Below, one piece after another: positions 1 to 11,090 of a stretch of 64,000 nt of DNA (position 1 is its first letter; the number at the start of each line of letters is the position of its first letter). The stretch comes from Mantamonas sphyraenae STR306 (taxonomy: Eukaryota; Protista; CRuMs): positions 372,001 through 436,000 of the forward strand of contig JAPMXV010000049.1 of the NCBI GenBank assembly GCA_026936335.1, read 5' to 3'. Position numbers and translations under genes: made by a program. A model generated the notes under the pieces. The model worked only from the letters and a program-made list of their open reading frames with translations. It searched no databases and was not told the origin of the DNA.

Positions 1-1662
1 ATCTCGATCCCCATTGTGGCGTATCTGGTGATCCGTTTCCACTTTCATCGCAAGCACAAGATTACATCGGATCAGTTGCAGGAGTACGGCGACGTCTGCT
101 TCCGCTTGGGCCTGGTGACCATTTTCGTGGCATTCCCTCTGGTGAGCAAGAACATCCTGGATATGTTTACGTGCAAGGAGTATGGCACACATGCAGTTCT
201 GCTCAAGCAAGACCCGCGTATCTCGTGCAAGGACCCGGAGTATCTGTACTACCGCGGATGGGCTACGTTTTTCGCTGTCTTTTACTGCGGCGGAGTGCCG
301 CTGACCATGCTTGTGCTGCTGATTCTTGCAAAGCGCAGCAAGAACGTGCTGCGCAAGGTGGCCTTCCTTACCGATGGTTACGTGGCCAAGCGCTACTACT
401 GGGAGTTTATCATTTTGGTGCGCAAGCTTCTGATTGTGACGGTGGTCATTCTGGAGGACAAGCCGTTGAAGCAACTGTATCTGGGTCTGTGGATTGTGCT
501 GGCCTCGCTTGTGGTGCACATGTACGCGCGACCGTTTGCCAAAACGCTGCACCAGACGATGGAGGCACTGTCGCTGTTGGCCACAGCCATCACCCTGCTT
601 TCGGGCATGTTGTTTGTCAGCAGCGAGGTGCAGGTGGAGGGCACCATCATGCTCGTGGTGCTGCTCATCTTTGTCAACACCTTGACATTGCTGGGCTTCA
701 CGGGCTCCATGCTCATCCTGTGGATCTCGCAAAAGGTGCTCATCATCTGGGACAAGCTGAGCAAGGCCGAGGCCAAGGATGAGACGGCAGATGGCGAGGG
801 CGAAGATGCAAACGAAGGCGACGCTGGTGCGGTCGGAGACTCGTCGATGCGCAGCAAGCGAAGCAACCGCGGAGGTTCAGTGGCATCGTCGGTACGTGGC
901 TCGCGTGGTGCGAGCATGAAGAGCACACGTGGTCGTGGACAAACAGTCGAAGAGATGGACGTGGCTGGCGAGACGGAAGGCGCAGAAACGGGCAACTCTC
1001 GCTTGTCGGAAATGATTGCGTCTCAACGGTTGCGCCGGGGTTCCATTGTGCACCGCATTGTGGCCATTGGCGACACACTGGCCGGTGCCGAGCAGCGGTA
1101 CCGCACGCTTCAGCAAGAGGTGGAGCTGCAGGCGCGAAAGGAGAAGTTGGAGGTGACAATGGCGCAGGGTGAGGAGTTGGAGTTGGAGGTGTTGCGCAAG
1201 GCCATCGACGCACACGATCAGATGGAGAGCATGCGCAAGTCATCGTCAGCTGCGAGCGGGCGATCCCGTGCAGACACGGGCTTCTCACGCAGCGAGTATC
1301 TGGCTCAGATGAAGTCGCGAAGCTCAACCTACAGTCGCATTACGTTGGATGGTGATGGCGGTGTGCGAAAGGCACCGTCCTCACCCGAGGCAAGCACAGA
1401 AGAGGAAGCACCCGCGATCCCAGCTCGGCCTGTGAAGGAGACAGAGGAGAAGAACGGGAAGGAGGCGTTGGAAGAGGAGGAAGACGAAGCTCTGCCCGTG
1501 GTTCCGCCGCGTCGCAGTCGCAGTGTGTTCCAAGAGAGGCAGGAGAAGGACGGGGAGGAGGAGCACAGGTCAGGGGAGGACGAAGAGGCGGAGGAGGAAG
1601 CACCGCCGCCCGTCCCACCTCGCACACGCACACGACATCAGGCACAACAAGATGACGAGTGA
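1..1662 (+). CDS. 3' part of a multi-pass membrane protein (TRP-like TM region typical of large protist receptor-like proteins) with a coiled-coil and Pro-rich cytoplasmic tail; 5' end lies outside the window
   Basis: Open frame from the window edge with several TM helices and the motifs 'LKQDPRISC' and 'FLTDGYVAKRYYWEFIILVRKL...ARPF'. The tail has three Pro-rich SH3-ligand-like motifs. Confidence 0.7.
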   Translation: MSIPIVAYLVIRFHFHRKHKITSDQLQEYGDVCFRLGLVTIFVAFPLVSKNILDMFTCKEYGTHAVLLKQDPRISCKDPEYLYYRGWATFFAVFYCGGVPLTMLVLLILAKRSKNVLRKVAFLTDGYVAKRYYWEFIILVRKLLIVTVVILEDKPLKQLYLGLWIVLASLVVHMYARPFAKTLHQTMEALSLLATAITLLSGMLFVSSEVQVEGTIMLVVLLIFVNTLTLLGFTGSMLILWISQKVLIIWDKLSKAEAKDETADGEGEDANEGDAGAVGDSSMRSKRSNRGGSVASSVRGSRGASMKSTRGRGQTVEEMDVAGETEGAETGNSRLSEMIASQRLRRGSIVHRIVAIGDTLAGAEQRYRTLQQEVELQARKEKLEVTMAQGEELELEVLRKAIDAHDQMESMRKSSSAASGRSRADTGFSRSEYLAQMKSRSSTYSRITLDGDGGVRKAPSSPEASTEEEAPAIPARPVKETEEKNGKEALEEEEDEALPVVPPRRSRSVFQERQEKDGEEEHRSGEDEEAEEEAPPPVPPRTRTRHQAQQDDE

Positions 1663-1811
1663 GGAAGTGAGTGCAAGTGAATGGAATGAAGTGACCTTGA
1701 CCTTGTGTGCGTGTGTCAGAATGCAGCGACGATGTGTGTGTGCGTGTTGCGTTTGCGTTTTTGGCGCCCACGGTTGATGCGCCACCAAACCCATTCAATT
1801 TCACAAGCAGA

Positions 1812-4800
1812 ATGCGATCACATACCCATAGATATCTGTGGCTGGTCTTGGCCGCGTGTCTGCTGCTGGTGGAAACGGGTGAGTGCGGGAGTGTCGTCGT
1901 TTGGGTTTTTTCGCTCGTTTCCATCGTCTCCGGACTTGTCCCTTGCAAGCCCGTGACAACCCCCCCACACGGCCCTATGGACCCTCCACGCTTTCAATGG
2001 CACCATGGGAAGTGGGAGCAATGCATGAATCGTGGGCCGGACGATTGCAGGGAGTTGAATGCCTTCTTTGTGTGGTGGCGTCGCTGCGTTTGGCGAATGC
2101 GCCCAGAGGGGAAAAAATACCTGGATCCTTGGAGCGCCGTGTGCGCTCCACCGCGCCCCGCCAGAGTATGGAAGCTGTGTCGATCGGCACTCTGTTCCGA
2201 ATGATGATCTCCTGTGCATGCGACGTGTTTGTTTGTGCCCTCCCCCTGCGTGCGGTTTCGTCCCAAAACGGTTTGACAACCGACAAAAACGGCCTCGACG
2301 CATGTTTGGCGTGTTTGACTTGTCGTTGTCCTCACACCCGGCGCTTTCCCTCCAATAGGCTTGGCACACAACTCCTACCCAGTTTCCGACATGAGCGACC
2401 TCGAAGGATCATCTGTTGACGCTTTGTCGGCAGATGAGCTGCCGGAAGAATTGGAGTTTGCGGATGCTGACTCAGAACCAGAAAACGTCCTGGACATGGA
2501 CACCGAAGTGGCGAGTATAGAGGCAGCCGAGGACCAGAAATCATTGCAAAAGCGATGGGATCTGGCCGACGGTGCTGAAGCTGTGGACACCCAAAGGGAG
2601 GAGTATCTCGTCCCGGAGGAGATGACCGACGCCGAGTTTTTCCATATCGGAGAAAACTTGGCAAGTGATTCGTTGGAACTCGAGGAGCATGACACCCTGC
2701 CCTTTTACGGCAAGGTGCCAGTTCACACGTCGATTTCAAAGGAGACGCTTGTGCGCACTTTTGTGCGTGGCAATGTCAAAACGCATCCCAGCTGGCTTCA
2801 GATGCAAGAGGGCATGCACCATCACCTGAACCAGGTGGCAAAACCTCTCAATGCACGTCTGGCCCGAGGCGCTTTGGCCATGGTGCAGAAGCATCTGGGA
2901 GGCCACATTCAGCGCATGATGGCTGAGGGTCAGCGGTCGTCGCACATGGACTTGGAGGACATGTTCGTGAGCGACGACGATGACGATACAAGCGATGACG
3001 CTGATGATGATGTGATGCAGAAAGGCAAACTGATCGAGGGAACAGACCAGCAGTCGTTCCTGAAGCACGTCGAATCGTTGCAGCAGCTGGCCCAGGACGG
3101 GCTCGTGGTTTACGGAGACCCGAGTGAGGGCGTGTTTGCCGCCACGTGTGAGTTCATGGCTGCACATCGTGACCAGGTGCATGTGGGCTCGGTGTTTTCC
3201 ATCCCCAGTGGGTTGTACCGTGTGACGCACATCACCCCACCCAACGGCAAGCCTGCGTGGACCCAAGGGCAAACTGTGCATTGCGACATCGCGTCGCTGC
3301 CGTATCATCTCACTTGCGTTAATGCAGACCTTGAGGACGCCATCGAGGACGCATCTGTCCACGTGGAGGTGACGGATCTGAGCAGCCTGTCGCGCAACGA
3401 GGAAACCGGAGAGGTGCAGGACTGGAGCCCGAATGCTCGTGCCGCTCGCACGAACCAGTTGCTTCGGAAGTCTGCACAGCGCCATGACTACGTTGCTGCG
3501 CTGAACCGAGCGGACGACGTGGCTGAAAAGGCGTTGCTCGACATTGAGCAGCACGGACGCGACCTGGACGACGTGTTGCTCCAGGACCGCGAAAACCTCG
3601 AAAAACGTGGTGTGGCCATGTACACTGGCGCTCGCGATCGCTACATGGATGTGGTCAAAGAGTATGCGCAGCGAATCTTTGACGCACAACGCAACCACAT
3701 CAAGGCAGCGGCTCGCCTCCATCAAGCGTTTGCACAGTCCATGCAAAGCTCAGACGAGGAGGCGATGGATGATGAGTTTGATGAAGAAGCCATGGCGCAA
3801 GGTGACGATGATGATGATGAGGAGGAGGACGAGGAGGAGGAATTGGAGGACGAGGTCGAAGTGCGCGACTTTTTCTGGCGCAAAGTGGCAAACGCTTTCA
3901 ACAGCATTGGCGAGAAGCTGAAGAAGACGTTTAACGCAGTCAAGTCGTTTGCGGAGAACGTGTACAACAAGGCTGCGGGCGCCCTGAAGCAGGTTGCAAA
4001 CAAGGTGAGCAACTTGGTACGTTCAGCCGTGAATGCGGTGGTCAAAGCGGCCAAGGCAGTGGTCCGTGCTGTCAAGGAATTTGGTGAGAAGGTGGCTAGC
4101 GTGGCCAAGAAGTTTGGCGAGGCGGTCAAGAAGGCTGGCGAGGCGTTTGCAGACAAGATGAAGGAAGTGGGCGAAAAGATCAAGAGCACCGCAGTGGCGA
4201 TTGGCAAGTCTGTCAAGCGCATTGCGGTGGTTGCGTACAAGTTGGCCAAGTTCTTCAACCAAGTCGCGCATGGCGGCTCGGCTGACTTGGATTTGGACGA
4301 GAGTTTGTCGATTGGCTTTTCGGTGGAGAACATCGACTTTGGCAATCATCCGGACAAGTTCATGGACATGTGGAAAGAAAAGCGTGCTGAGGACAAGAAG
4401 AAGCGTGATGCAGCTGCAGGCAAGCCGGAGAAGCCGGAAAAGAAGAAGAGCAAGGCCAAGCCGAGCCTGCAGGTGATGCTGCGCATCATCAAGGCCAAGA
4501 TCATGCTCAAACCCACGCTTGTACTGGCCATCAAGATGAAGAAGTTCATGCCGCAGTACGTCAAGGTGGAGTTCCGTGGTGAGCTCGACATTGAGCTGCG
4601 CACCTTTACGCAGATCAACGCCGAATGGAAGTTTGAGAAGGAGAAGCTGGTGGGCAACAAGGCGATCACGACCATCAAGTTTGCCATTGGCCCGGTGCCT
4701 GTGTGGATCAGTGTCAAGGCGCAGTTCTACCTGGGCGTGGGCCTGACCATCAAGGCCGGCATCCAGTTCCGATACGGCGGCCGCGTGCACGGCAAGTGGC

Positions 4801-7800
4801 GCATTGGTGCGCACGGCGACATGAAAACCAAAAAGACCGGGTTCGTGAACAAAACGGAGATCAAGAACACGTTTGGCAAGCCGAACGGTTTCCGTCCATG
4901 TGCGTCTGTGGAGCTGGAGGCGTTTGTGCGCCCGCAGGTGGCATTCCATATGTACCACTCGGCAGGACCCACGCTGGGCTTTGAGCCGTTTGCAGTGCTG
5001 ACGTTTGTGCCACAGGGCGCAACCGCATGCATGGCAATCACGGATTCGGGCGACATGGTGACGGCGGAACAGGAAGAGGTGGAGGATGAGGTGAACGACG
5101 GCAACACGTTGACGTTCGAGGCTGGCATCCGTGTCAAGGCCGGTATTCAGATCGTTGTTGTGAAGAAGATGTTGCTGGACGAGAACATCCCCTTGTTTGA
5201 GAAGAAGTGGGAGCTGTTCGAGTTCAAGCTGACCGTTCCGACCAAGAAGGTGCTGAAGGCCATGAGTGGAATCGGAAACGTTCGCAAAATGCTGAACGAG
5301 ACCAAGGATGAGGAGGATGAAGAGCAGCTGGAAGGGTTGCAAGACGAGGAGGAGGAGGTGGAAGAGGTGCAGCGTCGCGTGGAAACGATTCCCACCGACG
5401 AGCTGATGGCAATCCCAGCAGGCATGCGACGTGGAGCATACTACACGGTGCTTCCCAATGTATTGCCCGAAGATGTGGCCACGCACGAACTGAAGGATGC
5501 GGACAAGCACGACCAGCATCGTGTGCTGGATGACGCCGATGCCATTGTGGACGAGGCGCTGACTCGTCGTGTGGTGCGTGACGAAGTGCGCGATATGGAT
5601 CGCATGGATAAGCGCATGCACAGGGGCGATCATGGAGTCAACTGGTACCAGGTGGAGATCGACACCGGTGCGCGACGGGACGAACGTCGAATCCGAGAGG
5701 CGGTGGCACACGATCGCCTCAAATCTTTGACATTCGAGCCGAAATCGTTTGACAACAGCCCGTTGCATGGATTCTGGTTGCTGCATGGACACAGCCAGAT
5801 GCGCAAGGAACGCTTCATGCTGCGTGCGCAACTCTTCAGGAAGCGCCTGGAAATGTTGGAGCGCGGGCGAATGGGCGATGAGTCGATGCGCAATGCGTTC
5901 CATGCTGACGCTGTAGAGCTTGCAACGCGCGTGCGCATCTTGGACCTGCGCCTCCTCAAGGTCGACCAGTTTGAGCAGTTGCGTCGACGCCTCACCGATG
6001 AGTTCCGCAACAGGCAACAGGATTCAACCAGTCAAGACCGCAAGTTGCTGAGATACCGCACGGAGTACCGCAAGACAATGGGCGTTGCGAGACTCCACCA
6101 GCACTGGGTGATGGTCTACAAGAATTTGTTCAGGGTCACACACGACGAAGGATACCACCGTTTGCTGAAAAGCAGTGCCGACAAGCTGAATGACCAGCTG
6201 GAAGTGGTAAAGCGTGCCTCCTCGCGTATCGCGGAGCAGTCGAGAAAGGTGGAACATGCTCTGGAGGCGATGAAAGAAGCGCGAGATCGGTTGGAATTCC
6301 TTACCAAGGTGTCATCGATGCAGGCGACAGCCAAGGCACGCATGGAAGCACACAAAAAGGTGGTGGACCTGCTGCATTCACAGCCTGTGCGTGAATTGCG
6401 TGCGGCGGGTCGCAAGGCGCAGCGCTTGCACGCCGCGGCCGTGATGGACCTTGTGAACGTGGAGAGGATGGTGTTGAGTGAGGAAAAGCGGAAGGAACTT
6501 CGTGGCTCGGCTCGTGTGATGCTTGTGGATGCGCGCAAGGTGCTGGACGCAGAGTGGCGGCTGAGCGAGCGGATCAAGTCCATGGTTGCGAGCGCAGGTC
6601 TGAACTGGACACCGATCGAGGCTATTGGGTCGCCGTACCGCCGTCTGGTGGAGGAATTGAATGCGCGCACCGAAGCAGCGGCTGTTCGCAAGCACAAGAC
6701 TCTGGTACCGCAAGCGCGATGCTACGTGGCCAATTGGTGGCATGCATTTGACCGCAAGGGCACAGTGTCCTGTCGCAAGGGCTATGCGTTGGTTGCTTTG
6801 CGCAAGAGCAAGTGCAACGCGCTGGGATGCCTGGAAGAAGGCCAATGTTGCGGCTACGAAACTGAAGTGGCAACGAAGCACGTGGCCAATTGGTGGGGAT
6901 CGCTGGATCGCCGTGGTTGGTCGTCGTGTCCCAAGTACTACGCGCTCAGTGGCCTGGTGCGCAATGGGTGTCACGGGTTGAATTGTCTGGAGGAAGGCGT
7001 GTGCACAAAGATGGTGACGGACGAGTGTGTGACGCAAGGGCACTTCTTCGGTCATGCCGGTTGGAATGCATGCCCTGCTGGATATGCGCTGCATGGCGTG
7101 TACCGTGACTCGAGTCACGGAGCAGGCAACCTGCAGAACTTGAGCACGGTGTCGTGCTGCAAAGTGCGCGATGCATACGAGCTGCCGAGCGCGATGCAGA
7201 AGAGCGTGATGCAGGTGGCAACAGTGAAGAAGCACAACGCAAACCTGAAATGCTACGAGGCGGACTGGACGACCAAGTTTGACCATCGTGGCACCGCCAA
7301 GTGCCGTGCAGGCTTTGTGCTCATGGGGATGTTGAAGAATTCGTGCAACGGCATCGGATGCATCGAAAAAGCCATGTGCTGTGGCTACGACAACGCCAAG
7401 GCAACCACAAAGGTGGCCAACTGGTGGAGCAAGCTGGATCAGCGAGGCTGGGCGTCCTGTCCACGTGGTTTTGCGATCAGTGGCCTGATGCGAAACTCGT
7501 GCAACGGATTGAACTGCATCGAGGAGGGCGTATGCACAAAGATGGTGACCAACGAGTGTATCACACAGGGAGGCTACTTCCGCCACTCTGGTTGGAGCAA
7601 GTGTCCTTCTGGATATGCGCTGCACGGCGTGTACCGTGACTCCAGCCATGGAGCAGGCAATCTGAAGAACCTGAGCACCGTCAGTTGTTGCAAACTGCAA
7701 TCCGAGGGTTCTTTGGATGTTTCGTTCCGCCATGCGCTGGCTCACATGCGGCATCAAGAGGCCGAGCGCACGCAACGCGAAGCCAAGGCAAAGGCAGCCC

Positions 7801-8858
7801 GCGAAGAGTATGAGAGCAAGAAGAAGTTGGTGCAACAGCAGTGCTATGTGGCCAACTGGTGGCATTCGTTCGACCGCAAGGGTACCGTCAAGTGCCGTCC
7901 GGGGTATGCTCTGATGGGCATCCGCAAGAACAAGTGCAACGAGTTGGGTTGCATCGAAGAAGGCAAGTGCTGCGGCTACGCAACGACCCGTGCTCCTCAC
8001 ACCAAGATTGCCAACTGGTGGAGCCAGCTGGACAAGCGTGGCTGGGCTTCGTGTCCGAGCGGCTACGCAATCAGTGGGTTGATGCGCAATGACTGCGATG
8101 GCCTGAATTGCCTGGAAGAGGCAGTGTGCTCCAAGATTGTGACTGGGAAGTGTGTGACGCGTGACAACTTCTTTGCTCATGAAGGTTGGAGCAAGTGTCC
8201 TCATGGATACGCACTGCACGCAGTTTACCGCAGCTCGAACACGGGTGCGGGTAAGTTGAACAACCTCAGCACCGTGAGCTGCTGCAAGGTCCGTTCCGTG
8301 GACCAATTGGATGAGAGTGTGCGCAAGGGAGCCATTGAAGCGGCTGTCGCAGCCAAGCGCAAGGCCGAGGAGTTGCACCGCCGACACAGCACGCTGAAGT
8401 GCTATGTTGCCAACTGGTGGCATTCGTTCGACCGCAAGGGTACCGTCAAGTGCCGTCCGGGGTATGCTCTGATGGGCATCCGCAAGAACAAGTGCAACAA
8501 GCTGGGTTGCATCGAAGAAGGCAAGTGCTGCGGCTACGCAACGACCCGTGCTCCTCACACCAAGATTGCCAACTGGTGGAGCCAGCTGGACAAGCGTGGC
8601 TGGGCATCGTGTCCAAGTGGCTACGCAATCAGTGGGTTGATGCGCAATGACTGCGATGGCCTGAATTGCCTGGAAGAGGCAGTGTGCTCCAAGATTGTGA
8701 CTGGGAAGTGTGTGACGCGTGACAACTTCTTTGCTCATGAAGGTTGGAGCAAGTGTCCTCATGGATACGCACTGCACGCAGTTTACCGCAGCTCGAACAC
8801 GGGTGCGGGTGGGTTGAACAACCTCAGCACCGTGAGCTGCTGCCAGTTGAAAATGTGA
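1812..8858 (+). CDS. Giant secreted multidomain protein (~2190 aa): acidic pro-region, amphipathic helix, beta-rich domain, coiled coil and 4 Cys-rich threefold-repeat domains (biomphalysin small-lobe-like)
   Basis: Exon 1 (1812-1878) encodes the signal peptide MRSHTHRYLWLVLAACLLLVETG. Intron 1879-2358 (GTGAGT...TAG) joins it in frame to ORF 2361-8858. Four 'CY.A.W...FD..G...C' domains lie at ~6720-8850. Confidence 0.8.
7841..8845 (+). repeat. Recent intragenic duplication, period 558 bp (Cys-rich domains 3 and 4)
   Basis: 7841-~8285 and 8399-~8843 are near-identical at the nucleotide level. Confidence 0.95.
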
Positions 8859-8949
8859 TTGAGAAAGAGTGTGCGCAGAGAGGCGAGTGTTCTCCTGGCA
8901 TGCGAATGGAAATCACGTGTACCACATCTGTGCATTGATCGAGCGGACC

Positions 8950-10521
8950 TCACCTCCAGATTGTGTTTGCGTGCTTGCGCGGTGGCACGGGCGGAGGCGC
9001 CTCTTCGTCGTCGTCGTCATCCTTGTCGCCTGAACCAAGTGCAGATGTGTCGGAAGAGGATGACGAGGAGGAGACAGCGGCAGCCGTGGCGTCCTGCAAT
9101 TTGCGGTTGGTGTACTCAAACACCTCCTGCAGCTTCTGGTGCTCTTTGCCCAGATTGCTCAACTCCATTTCCAGGCGTTGGATGGCTGCGTTGCGCTCTT
9201 CATCGTCCGTGAGGTCCTTGAGATCCTTGCGCATCTTGCTGAGCTGGGCTCCAAGGTTCTGACAACGATCCTCGGTGTCCTGCAGCTTCTTGAGCATCTT
9301 TGCGGATTCGGATTCGCGTTGCTTGTGTTCACGAAGCAACACGGCAATGCTGTACTTCTCCGCCTTGGCCTGTTCGTCGTCGTCCAGAGGCGTGTACACC
9401 ATATCGAGCAGCTTGAGATCCTGCTGGGCAATCGAGGTGCCCTCCAAGCCGTTCGCCGTCCAATCAGCCATGCTGGCACTGGCTGCGTCCACGTCGTCGC
9501 CTGTGGTGCCTGTGCTCGCCGATGCTGCCCCAAGTCGTTCCAACTGCAGCGCATGCAGCTGCTTCTGCGCTTGATGCACGCGTGCAATCTGTTTGTACTT
9601 CCGTCGCAGACGTGTGTGTGCCTTGTCCGACTCTTCAAACCGTTGCTTCCAATACTCTGTTGCGTCTGAGTGCAACAGTGACTCGTCCACTTTGCTGCTG
9701 CTTCCACCGGCGCCACCCTCTGCCGTTTCAGAGGACGAGTCGCCGTTTCCCTCCTCGTCTCCATCCGAGGATGCGTTGAGAATGCGCAGCAGTGTGACCT
9801 GTTGACGTACCAACTGGGCACGCAGCACCCTGTTCTGCACCCACAGAGCCGCCGTCTGCGGCCGGGAGCTGCGGTAGTGTTGGGAGGTGCGATCTCCACC
9901 GCCGCTTTGCAGGTCGTCCACCTTTTCCTGCAGCGCCGCGACCTTGCGACGCAGAGCGGCCACCTCTTCCGGGTCTGCCTCACTTGCACTTGCGCCCGCG
10001 TCGCCACGGGCCGACGAGCCCGACTTTGCGTAGGAGCTGCGTGCGGAGGAGAGGAGAGAGCTGCCCTTTTTGGATTGGGCGCCGCCGCCGTCGCCCTCTT
10101 CGTTGTCCTGCGTGTTGCCGCCGCCCAGTTTGGCCTGAAGGGAGGCGCGCTTGCTGCTGGACGCGCTGACGTCGTTCTTGACAATCTGTTCCACGTAGGC
10201 GTTGGCATAGGTGCCCTTGAGGAGACGCACGTGGTTGCAGGGGAACAAGCCCGTGGCGGAACCGTCTGCCAGCTTGCCCTCCCACCAACCGGACAGACTG
10301 CGTCGGATCACACACACCTTGTCGCCTTTGTTCAGGTTCAAGTCGTGTTCCTCCTTGGACGAGTAGGCGTGTGTGACCACACACACGGGCAGTTTGCGCT
10401 GCAGGGTTGGGCCGCCCCTCATGTTGGACGCCACCGAGTCCGAGCGCGACAACGACGCAAGCGACGTCGGCGTGTTGGTTCGACTGCGATTGCGCAGGTG
10501 AGGCACCTCCAAGGCTGACAT
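8950..10521 (-). CDS. SH3-domain plus coiled-coil adaptor protein with a C-terminal PPPVPPR
   Basis: SH3 'VVTHAYSSKEEHDLNLNKGDKVCVIRRSLSGWWEGK...TGLFPCNHV'. First ATG is at 10521; an upstream exon is possible. Confidence 0.85.
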   Translation of the reverse strand: MSALEVPHLRNRSRTNTPTSLASLSRSDSVASNMRGGPTLQRKLPVCVVTHAYSSKEEHDLNLNKGDKVCVIRRSLSGWWEGKLADGSATGLFPCNHVRLLKGTYANAYVEQIVKNDVSASSSKRASLQAKLGGGNTQDNEEGDGGGAQSKKGSSLLSSARSSYAKSGSSARGDAGASASEADPEEVAALRRKVAALQEKVDDLQSGGGDRTSQHYRSSRPQTAALWVQNRVLRAQLVRQQVTLLRILNASSDGDEEGNGDSSSETAEGGAGGSSSKVDESLLHSDATEYWKQRFEESDKAHTRLRRKYKQIARVHQAQKQLHALQLERLGAASASTGTTGDDVDAASASMADWTANGLEGTSIAQQDLKLLDMVYTPLDDDEQAKAEKYSIAVLLREHKQRESESAKMLKKLQDTEDRCQNLGAQLSKMRKDLKDLTDDEERNAAIQRLEMELSNLGKEHQKLQEVFEYTNRKLQDATAAAVSSSSSSSDTSALGSGDKDDDDDEEAPPPVPPRKHANTIWR

Positions 10522-11090
10522 GCGACACAACCGATCGGCGCACGGAAATGGGATGAATTGGACAGCGATGCGCTCGCCGAGGCACGCGAGACCCTTTTTT
10601 TTTGGGAACTGGACTTTGCCCAAGACACGGCTTGCAGGACGTTTTGCCACCTCTCCTGCCTCTGGTTCTGCCTCATCTCGTGCTCACGAGTGGCCCCTTG
10701 GGTGTTCTTTCATGGACACACTCGGCGCTGCATTGACTGTGTGCGTGTGGCAGGCGGGGCAGGCCACGGTGCGTGCCTGTGCCGGCATTGGCTTGGGCGA
10801 GTCCGCTTCTCGCGCAGAGGAATGCACTTTGGATTGCGTCCTGTCACTCTACGGAGCCTGTACGACGCGGGACGTAAGAACCCCCGGCCTGTCCATGACT
10901 AAGCTTTACTATTCTCTGTGACGCTACATCTCTTTCTCGCCTCCTTTTCGCCTGGGGCCGCCTTTGTGTGGTTGCGTGCATGTGTTTGTTTCGATCTCCC
11001 CCCCCCCCGACCCTCCCTCCGACCCTCCCCTTCGCTCTACAGTGCATGGACTCCACCCTCCACATGCCATCTCCCTCCTCTGTGGCCTTT

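Noticed and set aside
1879-2358. Long first intron as a snoRNA host (ATGATGA near 2200, hairpin near 2130-2150)
   Set aside because: No matching D box or terminal stem found.
4023-8777. Long antisense ORFs (664 and 799 aa), and similar ones at 13058-14641, 24078-26876, 32131-33990 and 54414-56390
   Set aside because: Shadow frames opposite well-supported genes in GC-rich DNA; no recognisable motifs.
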